A DNA stretch of 20,000 bases, from IMG/VR virus record IMGVR_UViG_3300027963_003549; one strand, given 5' to 3'. Below are positions 1 to 6,397 of this stretch, in pieces; within the stretch, counting starts at the first letter, position 1; every line of letters begins with the position of its first letter. The notes under the pieces are model-generated. The model was not told the DNA's origin. It worked only from the letters and a program-made list of their open reading frames with translations, and ran no database searches. The DNA is from an uncultured virus (IMG/VR IMGVR_UViG_3300027963_003549) (lineage: Duplodnaviria > Heunggongvirae > Uroviricota > Caudoviricetes). Made by a program: the position numbers and the translations under genes.

Positions 1-405
1 TCTAGACCAAATTTTTTTATCTAATGGTCTTTCTATATTTAATAACGCAAAATATATCTGACTTCTTGACATGTAATCTTTATCTCCCGCCCTTAAATAA
101 CTCTTAGCCCTATTTTTACTACCTGTGAAATAAATCCCATGTTTTCCACCATATTCACCTGTAAAAGAATCTTTACCTCTATCATGAGGATTTAGAGTAC
201 CACCATGATAAACAATTTCATTTACTTTACTATTTGGAAAAACACTATTTAAATACTCTAAATAATCTTGTATATCACCATATTTTGATAGGTCATTAAA
301 ATTATTAAATATATCTGTTACAATATTCGCCTTATTTTCGTTTAACTCCTGTCCTTCAACAAACTCTCGTATGGTTTTTTTTATGGACGTTCTCAGATTT
401 CTCAT
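1..405 (-). CDS. Partial CDS (runs off left edge): ADP-ribosyltransferase-like (ART-PolyVal-like) domain protein with N-terminal leader
   Basis: Not in ORF track. Manual translation from ATG at 405 is open for 135 codons: MRNLRTSIKKTIREFVEGQELNE...EIVYHGGT...GKHGIYFTGSKNRAKSY...IYFALLNIERPL. VYHG / GIYFT..A..Y / LNI..P matches the H-Y type ART fold pattern. Confidence 0.7.
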   Translation of the reverse strand, partial: MRNLRTSIKKTIREFVEGQELNENKANIVTDIFNNFNDLSKYGDIQDYLEYLNSVFPNSKVNEIVYHGGTLNPHDRGKDSFTGEYGGKHGIYFTGSKNRAKSYLRAGDKDYMSRSQIYFALLNIERPLDKKIWSR

Positions 406-438
406 CGTTTTCTTTTATATATAAAAATTCAAATTTTT

Positions 439-2049
439 TCACTTTTTACTCTTGAAAAGTTTTTCTTTATACTTTTCGTAGTTAATTCCTTTAACCAACC
501 CTCTTTTATTGGGGTCCAAAATCTTTGCCGCCCTTACAGCCGAAAAGAATTCAGACATATAACCTCTTTGGGTTATCGGCCAACCACCACCAGGGATAAA
601 ATATTCACCGTCCTTTTTAACCAATCTTCCTGTCTTTACTAAGAAGTCCACTCTCGTACCGGTAATACCTTCAGGTAATGAATCCATGTACTTATACAAA
701 TCCATAAGGTTCTTACTTCTTTTTTCAAATGTATATTTGTCCAAGAATTTTTCTTTCATACCGAACTTTTTCAATACCTCAACACTATCATTATATACCG
801 CAATACGCCAATTAGCATATAAATCACGACTAATATTATCAATAAAACTTTCAATTTGGTCAACATTAAAATTTTCAACGGGAATAACTCTTCCGACAGA
901 ATCAAACATTTTCATACCATCATTCATTTCAAAATCCATACCAAGACCTATTGTCTTTTCTGAGGGAGATGGTATAACACTTAAACTTGCATGACCATCT
1001 GAATATGGAAATTCAGTTCTTCTGGATAACGGGATATCAACTTCGTGTTTGTTATTAAATAAAATTCCAGTTAGATTCATTGAATAAAAAAATCCCAATG
1101 TGTTAACGTCAAATTTATCAACTAATTGTAAACTTAATTGATATTCCAACTTGTATTTATCCATAGTAAAAATAAAGGTTGTCCTCCAAATATAATTTTG
1201 GTATTGGGTAAAAAATTTACTTGTTGCAAGTTCAATTAATTGATTAATATCAACTTTATTTTCTTCCTCAATCTTTCTAAACGCCTCATCGGGAACAAAT
1301 GTCATAAACATTCCCAATTCACCAGGTGTTAATAAATCATCCTTTGAATCATACCATTCACCTTGTTCAACATCTCTAGTTCCATATTTGAGGTGTAATG
1401 CAATCTTATAAAACTGGTTTTCAGGTGGAACATTCTTTAAGATAATATAATACAATCCACCTTTTGAACTATAATTCTCATAGTAACTCGGATTATCTTT
1501 TGAAGTTGTGCACCACTTTGTACCAGCACCATAATAACAAGAAGATTCAAATGATAATGGTCTAACAATTAAAACCTTGTCATTTTCAAAAATTCTTTTG
1601 GTATTTGATTTAACCTCGTCTTTTAATTGTTTATTAGTTTTTTCTTGCATTAACTTATCCGTGAAATCTAAAAACTGAAAAAATGTATTACCAACATAAT
1701 CATTCAAATCATTCTTATCATATTTTGATTTGTTGTTATCAAAAAACCATACTTTTTGAACAATGTTTTCGTACATATCCATCGTCGTTCTAAGATGACG
1801 TAACGCAATATCTCTACGAAGAGGTTCAATCTCATCAACATTCAAATCATTGTCAAACCAATCATAATTAAAATATTGGTTAACCAATGGGTCCAAATAT
1901 TTGTAATTGGTTTGTTTCATAAAATCGTCATTAACCAATACATCATAAAATGATAATGGTTGGACATCTGAAACTAATTTACGTTCATTGTCAATTAGTT
2001 TCTTATATTTCTCATATACGTTTTCTTTTCTTCCTTCAGTTAAAACCAT
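439..2049 (-). CDS. 536-aa phage protein with PcfJ-like domain; probable virion-associated protein
   Basis: Long ORF; motif IVRPLSFESSCYYGAGTKWCTT..N..YY..Y...G.LYYI; starts MVLTEG; TATTTAT 4 nt upstream of ATG. Confidence 0.75.
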   Translation of the reverse strand: MVLTEGRKENVYEKYKKLIDNERKLVSDVQPLSFYDVLVNDDFMKQTNYKYLDPLVNQYFNYDWFDNDLNVDEIEPLRRDIALRHLRTTMDMYENIVQKVWFFDNNKSKYDKNDLNDYVGNTFFQFLDFTDKLMQEKTNKQLKDEVKSNTKRIFENDKVLIVRPLSFESSCYYGAGTKWCTTSKDNPSYYENYSSKGGLYYIILKNVPPENQFYKIALHLKYGTRDVEQGEWYDSKDDLLTPGELGMFMTFVPDEAFRKIEEENKVDINQLIELATSKFFTQYQNYIWRTTFIFTMDKYKLEYQLSLQLVDKFDVNTLGFFYSMNLTGILFNNKHEVDIPLSRRTEFPYSDGHASLSVIPSPSEKTIGLGMDFEMNDGMKMFDSVGRVIPVENFNVDQIESFIDNISRDLYANWRIAVYNDSVEVLKKFGMKEKFLDKYTFEKRSKNLMDLYKYMDSLPEGITGTRVDFLVKTGRLVKKDGEYFIPGGGWPITQRGYMSEFFSAVRAAKILDPNKRGLVKGINYEKYKEKLFKSKK

Positions 2050-2053
2050 ACTA

Positions 2054-2060
2054 ATAAATA
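2054..2060 (-). promoter_or_regulatory. TATTTAT motif (putative phage late promoter)
   Basis: Reads GTATTTATTAGT-ATG on minus strand; lies just downstream of a terminator; same motif precedes most leader-bearing genes. Confidence 0.6.
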
Positions 2061-2072
2061 CTTCAAACTAAT

Positions 2073-2099
2073 AAAAAACCCCGACTTGTGATCGGGGTT
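2073..2099 (-). terminator. Intrinsic terminator
   Basis: Minus strand AACCCCGA-TCACAAG-TCGGGGTT followed by TTTT. Confidence 0.85.
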
Positions 2100-2104
2100 A
2101 TATC

Positions 2105-2131
2105 TTAAAGATTTTTTGAAATACTGATGAT
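2105..2131. repeat. 27-bp direct repeat, copy 1 (ttaaagattttttgaaatactgatgat)
   Basis: Identical to 3194..3220, the last 9 codons of the 84-aa ORF. Confidence 0.95.
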
Positions 2132-2167
2132 CAGGTTCATATCGGTGAGTTGAATAGTATTTTCCAT
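2105..2167 (-). pseudogene. 20-codon chimeric remnant MENTIQLTDMNLIISISKNL: probable host 2Fe-2S ferredoxin N-terminal stub fused to duplicated phage gene C-terminus
   Basis: ATG overlaps the reductase stop (TAATG); in frame with the duplicated IISISKNL*; MENTIQLT and TDMNL resemble two segments of Bacteroidota ferredoxin N-termini (recalled pattern M..I.I...DR.G..H...APTDM..NLME). Confidence 0.6.
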
Positions 2168-3180
2168 TAGAATCCGTTTACGCCGTTGACGGTGGTGTAT
2201 TTAAATTGAAGCTTGGCATCGGGGTAGATATGTTTGAAGGCACTTTGAACCATCAAAGTTCCTTCGTGAAAACCACAAAGGATGAGTTTTAGTTTTCCTG
2301 GATATTCATTGATGTCGCCGATGGCGTAAATTCCGGGAATGTTGGTGCTGTAATCAAAGGTATCTACGGCAATTCCGTTTTTGTCGAGGTTCAATCCCCA
2401 ATCAGCAATTGGTCCGAGTTTAGGAGATAACCCGAACAACGGTAAGTAATAATCGGTAAGATACGTGGTGGTTTCACCGTTGTTGAAGGTGATGACCACT
2501 TCTTCTAATTTTCCGTTACCATTGAGTGCGGTTACTTCGGCTTCGGTTACCAATTTGATTTTTCCTGCGTGAGCCAATTCGGTAACCTTTTCAGCGGAAT
2601 CGAGAGCACCACGGAAAGAAGAACGTCGATGTACTAGTACTACTTCCGCGGCAATATCGGCCAGAATGATAGACCAATCAAGGGCTGAATCACCACCACC
2701 AGCTACAACAATGCGTTGATTTCTAAATTTTTCTGGTTCTTTAATGATGTAATCCACCCCTTTGTTTTCGAAATTCGATAAGTTCTCGATGGGTGGCTTG
2801 CGGGGTTCAAAAACACCTAATCCCGCAGCAATGACCACGCAAGGAGCTCGGTGAATCGTACCACAAGTGGTGATGATTTCGAATTTTCCGTCTTCGGTTT
2901 GACGTATTTCTTCAGCTCGTTCACCCAAGGTAAACCCTGGTTTGAAAGGAGCAATTTGCTCCATCAGATTGTGGATGAGGTCTCCGGCCAAAACGGAAGG
3001 AAATCCAGGAATATCGTAGATGGGTTTTTTGGGATAAATTTCGGTGCATTGTCCTCCCGGTTGGGGAAGATAATCGATCAAATGACAACGAAGCTTGATC
3101 AATCCGGCTTCAAATACGGTGAAAAGACCAACGGGGCCTGCCCCAATGATCAATAAATCGGTTTCAATTGTGTGGTTCAC
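2167..3180 (-). CDS. Ferredoxin--NADP+ reductase, thioredoxin-reductase-like (YumC-type), Bacteroidota-like; auxiliary metabolic gene
   Basis: IIGAGPVG FAD motif, GGQC.EIYPKKPIYDIPGFP, GGGDSA NADP motif, HRR, GIYAIGD; no TrxB CxxC; GTG start; visibly more GC-rich, with many C/G-ending codons, than its neighbours. Confidence 0.92.
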   Translation of the reverse strand: MNHTIETDLLIIGAGPVGLFTVFEAGLIKLRCHLIDYLPQPGGQCTEIYPKKPIYDIPGFPSVLAGDLIHNLMEQIAPFKPGFTLGERAEEIRQTEDGKFEIITTCGTIHRAPCVVIAAGLGVFEPRKPPIENLSNFENKGVDYIIKEPEKFRNQRIVVAGGGDSALDWSIILADIAAEVVLVHRRSSFRGALDSAEKVTELAHAGKIKLVTEAEVTALNGNGKLEEVVITFNNGETTTYLTDYYLPLFGLSPKLGPIADWGLNLDKNGIAVDTFDYSTNIPGIYAIGDINEYPGKLKLILCGFHEGTLMVQSAFKHIYPDAKLQFKYTTVNGVNGF

Positions 3181-3193
3181 GTTTTATAAAGGA

Positions 3194-3220
3194 TTAAAGA
3201 TTTTTTGAAATACTGATGAT
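3194..3220. repeat. 27-bp direct repeat, copy 2
   Basis: Identical to 2105..2131; includes the stop codon of the 84-aa ORF. Confidence 0.95.
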
Positions 3221-3448
3221 TAGTTCCGTTTCTTCATTTGTCAATGTTAGATAGTTGGATTTAATCTTATCAATCGCTTCACTGAATTCTAAATAAAAAA
3301 GACCTCGAGGTTCTGATTGGGGATCTTTACCATTTTGTTTATTTTGCCAATCCAATAACAATTCCAACATTTCTTCTCGTTCAGAATCATCCATTTCACG
3401 AAAATACTCACTTGGATAAACATCAACTTCAGTAGTAAAGTAAGCCAT
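3194..3448 (-). CDS. Hypothetical acidic protein (84 aa)
   Basis: ORF 1 nt downstream of the previous stop; phage-like codon usage. Confidence 0.8.
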   Translation of the reverse strand: MAYFTTEVDVYPSEYFREMDDSEREEMLELLLDWQNKQNGKDPQSEPRGLFYLEFSEAIDKIKSNYLTLTNEETELIISISKNL

Positions 3449-3449
3449 A

Positions 3450-3671
3450 TTAGAACATATTATTTAAAAATTCTTCCTCAATTTCACTAATCGCAGCATT
3501 TTGATCAAAATCTTCAGGAACGTCATCCTCAAAATTTACTGAATCCACGACCCAATTATCCCAATCATTCCAATGTGCGTCAATAGAAATTTTGTAATCT
3601 TGGTATTCACCAAAGAATGTTTCATTTTTACTCGTTAATACCGAGTCATCATAGTTAATGTTTATGCTCAT
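3450..3671 (-). CDS. Hypothetical highly acidic protein (73 aa)
   Basis: ORF directly downstream of tRNA cluster on same strand; D/E-rich. Confidence 0.75.
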   Translation of the reverse strand: MSININYDDSVLTSKNETFFGEYQDYKISIDAHWNDWDNWVVDSVNFEDDVPEDFDQNAAISEIEEEFLNNMF

Positions 3672-3692
3672 AAAAAAATAATTTTAAGTTTG

Positions 3693-3778
3693 TACTAGAG
3701 GCCGGATTCGAACCAGCACGGATGCTACCATCCAAAGGGGCTTAAACCCTTCGTGTCTACCAATTTCACCACTCAAGC
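3693..3778 (-). tRNA. tRNA-Leu(UAA)
   Basis: GCTTGAG..CTCTAGT-A acceptor, TGGTGAAATTGGTAGACAC D-arm, AAGGG-TTTAAGC-CCCTT anticodon arm, long variable arm, GGTTCGAATCC; no encoded CCA. Confidence 0.93.
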
Positions 3779-3785
3779 ATTTTTG

Positions 3786-3858
3786 TGGGCCCTGTAGGAC
3801 TCGAACCTACGACTGTCACGTTATGAGCGTGATTTTCTACCTGCTGAAATAAGAACCC
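3786..3858 (-). tRNA. tRNA with CAU anticodon, most likely tRNA-Ile2 (lysidine type); elongator Met not excluded
   Basis: TCACG-CTCATAA-CGTGA anticodon arm; GGGTTCT/AGGGCCC-A acceptor; GTCGTAGGTTCGAGTCCTAC T-arm resembles bacterial Ile2; lacks initiator features (no C1 mismatch, no GGG/CCC anticodon stem). Confidence 0.85.
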
Positions 3859-3866
3859 TAAATTTG

Positions 3867-3939
3867 TTGGAACGATGGGAATCGAACCCATGACCTGATG
3901 TGTATAAGACATCTGCTCTAACCCCTGAGCTACGTTCCA
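3867..3939 (-). tRNA. tRNA-Ile(UAU)
   Basis: TGGAACG/CGTTCCA-A acceptor, TAGCTCAGGGGTTAGAGCA D-arm, GATGT-CTTATAC-ACATC anticodon arm, GGTTCGATTCC; no encoded CCA. Confidence 0.9.
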
Positions 3940-3988
3940 ATTAAAACCCCGTGTCGCGGGCTACGTAAACGCGGTCATCTCAAAATTT

Positions 3989-4063
3989 TGGTAGTCCCAC
4001 AGGGATTCGAACCCCAATTCTCGCATTAGAAGTGCGATGTCCTATCCATTGAACGATGGAACC
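3989..4063 (-). tRNA. tRNA-Arg(UCU)
   Basis: GGTTCCA/TGGGACT-ACCA acceptor, TCGCA-CTTCTAA-TGCGA anticodon arm, GGTTCGAATCC; CCA encoded. Confidence 0.95.
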
Positions 4064-4081
4064 ATTTCTTTAACAACGCTA

Positions 4082-4113
4082 CAAAGGTAGAAATAAATAT
4101 TCAATAAGTCAAA
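4082..4113 (-). promoter_or_regulatory. Bacteroidota primary-sigma promoter for tRNA cluster, with TATTTAT embedded in the spacer
   Basis: TTTG-N20-TACCTTTG, a perfect -33/-7 consensus; TATTTAT at 4093..4099. Confidence 0.85.
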
Positions 4114-4488
4114 TTATTTTGAAACAAAAACTCCTTTACCTAAAGTGTGCAATTTTTCAACCCGACTATTATCAGCAATTTCACCATCAATAACCCAATT
4201 TGGTTGTACTCTTGGGTTATACTTAACTTGTTGGATATTGTCCATGATTTTTGTTTCTGATAATACTGTAATCTCATCACACAAAATCCAAGCACATACT
4301 GTTTTATGAGATCCTTCAAAAATCTTTGTTGCCGTCTTTTTGTGGTTTTTGAGAACACATCCATTCATCACAAGTTGCACATCATCAGGACTGAGATATT
4401 CCACCATACCATTTGGGTGTTCAACCTTCCACTTCATAAAGTTCTTACCTGAACTTAAGTTAAATCGGACTTTGATGGTCTTTCTCAT
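4114..4488 (-). CDS. Hypothetical phage protein (124 aa)
   Basis: Start moved to ATG 4488, which forms an ATGA overlap with the upstream stop. Confidence 0.8.
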   Translation of the reverse strand: MRKTIKVRFNLSSGKNFMKWKVEHPNGMVEYLSPDDVQLVMNGCVLKNHKKTATKIFEGSHKTVCAWILCDEITVLSETKIMDNIQQVKYNPRVQPNWVIDGEIADNSRVEKLHTLGKGVFVSK

Positions 4489-4766
4489 TTTGACCACTCC
4501 TTCTCAACTGACCAACGTGGGTGTAAATCCCAATACTCTTCACAAAGAAAAATAATCGTGTTTTCTTTGTGGTTCTCTACTCGGACAATACCTTTTTGCA
4601 TTAGAGCCAATAACATTCCACGAACAATGATTTCAGATAATTTTGTTACCTTAACTAAATCTTTTTCTTGGACATCTGAGACACCAATATTCGAATACAA
4701 TTGTGCGATGAAAGCATCAAGTACTTTTTCCTCAAGTTGGGTTAGGTTTAATGTTTCGATTGTCAT
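4485..4766 (-). CDS. Putative winged helix-turn-helix protein (93 aa)
   Basis: Start moved to ATG 4766 (downstream of promoter); LTQLEEKVL...EKDLVKVTKLSEIIVRGMLLALMQKGIV fits a wHTH pattern. Confidence 0.65.
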   Translation of the reverse strand: MTIETLNLTQLEEKVLDAFIAQLYSNIGVSDVQEKDLVKVTKLSEIIVRGMLLALMQKGIVRVENHKENTIIFLCEEYWDLHPRWSVEKEWSK

Positions 4767-4788
4767 AACGTTTGTTTGTTTAGTATGA

Positions 4789-4820
4789 CAAAGGTACATC
4801 AAAGTTTTCAAACGCACAAC
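4789..4820 (-). promoter_or_regulatory. Bacteroidota-type promoter
   Basis: GTTG-N20-TACCTTTG. Confidence 0.75.
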
Positions 4821-4826
4821 ACCTAA

Positions 4827-5006
4827 TTACAATTTTTTTATTTCATATTTGTAACCTGAGTCTGAATTGTTCTGAAACAATAGTTTATAATTCTCAGCAT
4901 CAACATCATTATCAAATTCTAAGATCTCAGAATGAGAATCAACCAAAATTACAGGTAACTCAATACCATCATTACTCTTGATATACTTTACAATAACGTA
5001 CGACAT
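4827..5006 (-). CDS. Hypothetical protein (59 aa), absent from ORF track
   Basis: MSYVIVKYIKSNDGIELPVILVDSHSEILEFDNDVDAENYKLLFQNNSDSGYKYEIKKL*; fills the gap and has its own promoter. Confidence 0.8.
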   Translation of the reverse strand: MSYVIVKYIKSNDGIELPVILVDSHSEILEFDNDVDAENYKLLFQNNSDSGYKYEIKKL

Positions 5007-5022
5007 ATTTTAACTTTTTCTT

Positions 5023-5054
5023 CAAACATAAATGATAAATACGAGATAATCAAC
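5023..5054 (-). promoter_or_regulatory. Bacteroidota-type promoter with embedded TATTTAT
   Basis: GTTG-N20-TATGTTTG; TATTTAT at 5035..5041 on minus strand. Confidence 0.7.
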
Positions 5055-5070
5055 AATATTTATGAATGAA

Positions 5071-5102
5071 CTTGTTTTTTCAAACATTTAATCTTAAATT
5101 TG
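5071..5102 (+). promoter_or_regulatory. Bacteroidota-type promoter for HNH gene (divergent from previous)
   Basis: CTTG-N20-TAAATTTG; TATTTAT also at 5057..5063. Confidence 0.7.
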
Positions 5103-5121
5103 AAACATAAAATAAAAAATT

Positions 5122-5610
5122 ATGGAATCAGTACTAGTATTAAATGCGGACTTCACACCACTTAATGTCACTACCTTACAAAAAGGGGTGGGATTGGTAT
5201 TTCGTGGAAAAGCGGAAATCCTAAGAGAATCTACTGATCCTATTGTGTCAGGTTTCAAAAAATTTGCAAGACCTGTAATCATTCGTCTTCTGAGATACAT
5301 AAACTACAGAAAAGGATCAGTTAAGTTAAACAGAAAGAGATTGTTCAAAAGAGACAATAACTCTTGTGTCTATTGTGGTAATACTAAAAAACTTACGATT
5401 GATCATATCTTACCGAGAAGTAGAGGTGGAAAAAACTCTTGGGAGAATTTGGTAACCGCATGTCTTCCTTGTAACTTGAAGAAAGGTGATAAAACACCAG
5501 AAGAAGCCGGAATGAAAATGAAATCAAAACCATACACACCAAATGTTATTTCATCGGTTTTTAATTCAGAACTTACCGAGATTTATTTGGATTATATGAA
5601 ATCCTATTAA
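5122..5610 (+). CDS. HNH endonuclease (McrA-like family with VLVLNA N-terminus)
   Basis: VLVLNADFTPL...RDNNSCVYCG...LTIDHILPRSRGGKNSWENLVTACLPCNLKKGDKTPEEAGM. Confidence 0.93.
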   Translation: MESVLVLNADFTPLNVTTLQKGVGLVFRGKAEILRESTDPIVSGFKKFARPVIIRLLRYINYRKGSVKLNRKRLFKRDNNSCVYCGNTKKLTIDHILPRSRGGKNSWENLVTACLPCNLKKGDKTPEEAGMKMKSKPYTPNVISSVFNSELTEIYLDYMKSY

Positions 5611-5641
5611 CGGAGAAAGGGGACCGAAGTCCCCTTTTCCG
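5611..5641. terminator. Strong hairpin, probable bidirectional terminator between convergent units
   Basis: AAAGGGGAC-CGAA-GTCCCCTTT, extended by CGGA/TCCG; C(UUCG)G tetraloop on minus strand. Confidence 0.8.
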
Positions 5642-5700
5642 AGATGATAAACCCCCCTCTCTCATTAACGGATTTATATCAACGGAGCCATCCGTGATGT

Positions 5701-6396
5701 TTAAGTTGTTACTTTTGTTTTTGCATTATCAATAACATCCTTTGTTTTGTTGGCAAACCCTTCAATTTTTGGACAAATGATTGTTGAGATTTTATTTTCT
5801 AAACCATCAACAAATCTACTATCTAATATTGCGGTGGATATTTGATTTCTTATCATATCAACAATACCACCACCCCACAAGTTATTAGTAAATGAACCAC
5901 CTGCGGTTTTTTGGTCTAACATCTTCTTGAAATACCCTTCAACGATTGAATCCGCTATTATGTTTGATAAAAAATTACAATCAGTTAACTTTGAAAATTC
6001 TCCTTTTCGTATAACATTACCTATACCAACAACTACGGTTTGTGCTAATAATGAATTTTTATATTCAGGTCCGAATAAACCTTCCATTAACCAAGAGGTA
6101 AATCTTTCACCTAAAAGTGCTGGAAACTCAGAAAAAAATCCACCAAAGATACCTAAGAAAGAATCTAATATACCTTCATTAATCACTGATTCAGTTAGAC
6201 CTTGGTCAATTAAACGACTACGTTCAACCATAAGTCTTTCGAACATTTTGTTAAATTCTTTTTGATTTGACATTGCGTTTTCATTAATTAATAACGAAAA
6301 TCTACTTTTAACAATTTTTGATTCAATCAACAAAGAATTTTTCTTGTTCTTAGCCCCTTTCAATGATTCGTGTAATTTATTTTTCAAAGTTTTCAT
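5701..6396 (-). CDS. Hypothetical protein (231 aa) with amphipathic/hydrophobic helices; probable virion protein
   Basis: Start moved to ATG 6396, 1 nt after upstream stop; LIE, INE, LTE, INE sites precede GILDSFLGIFGGFF. Confidence 0.8.
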   Translation of the reverse strand: MKTLKNKLHESLKGAKNKKNSLLIESKIVKSRFSLLINENAMSNQKEFNKMFERLMVERSRLIDQGLTESVINEGILDSFLGIFGGFFSEFPALLGERFTSWLMEGLFGPEYKNSLLAQTVVVGIGNVIRKGEFSKLTDCNFLSNIIADSIVEGYFKKMLDQKTAGGSFTNNLWGGGIVDMIRNQISTAILDSRFVDGLENKISTIICPKIEGFANKTKDVIDNAKTKVTT

Positions 6397-6397
6397 A

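Noticed and set aside
2167..3180. Annotation as thioredoxin reductase TrxB
   Set aside because: Lacks the redox CxxC and has the FNR-type YPKKPIYDIPG and GGGDSA signatures.
2105..3220. 27-bp repeats as a CRISPR array, IS ends or prophage att sites
   Set aside because: Only two copies about 1.1 kb apart, direct not inverted, no cas, transposase or integrase; the repeat is a coding 3' end.
5122..5610. HNH gene as mobile homing element or Cas9/IscB relative
   Set aside because: Compact McrA-like family protein with its own promoter and terminator; no RuvC motifs, NUMOD repeats or interrupted target gene.
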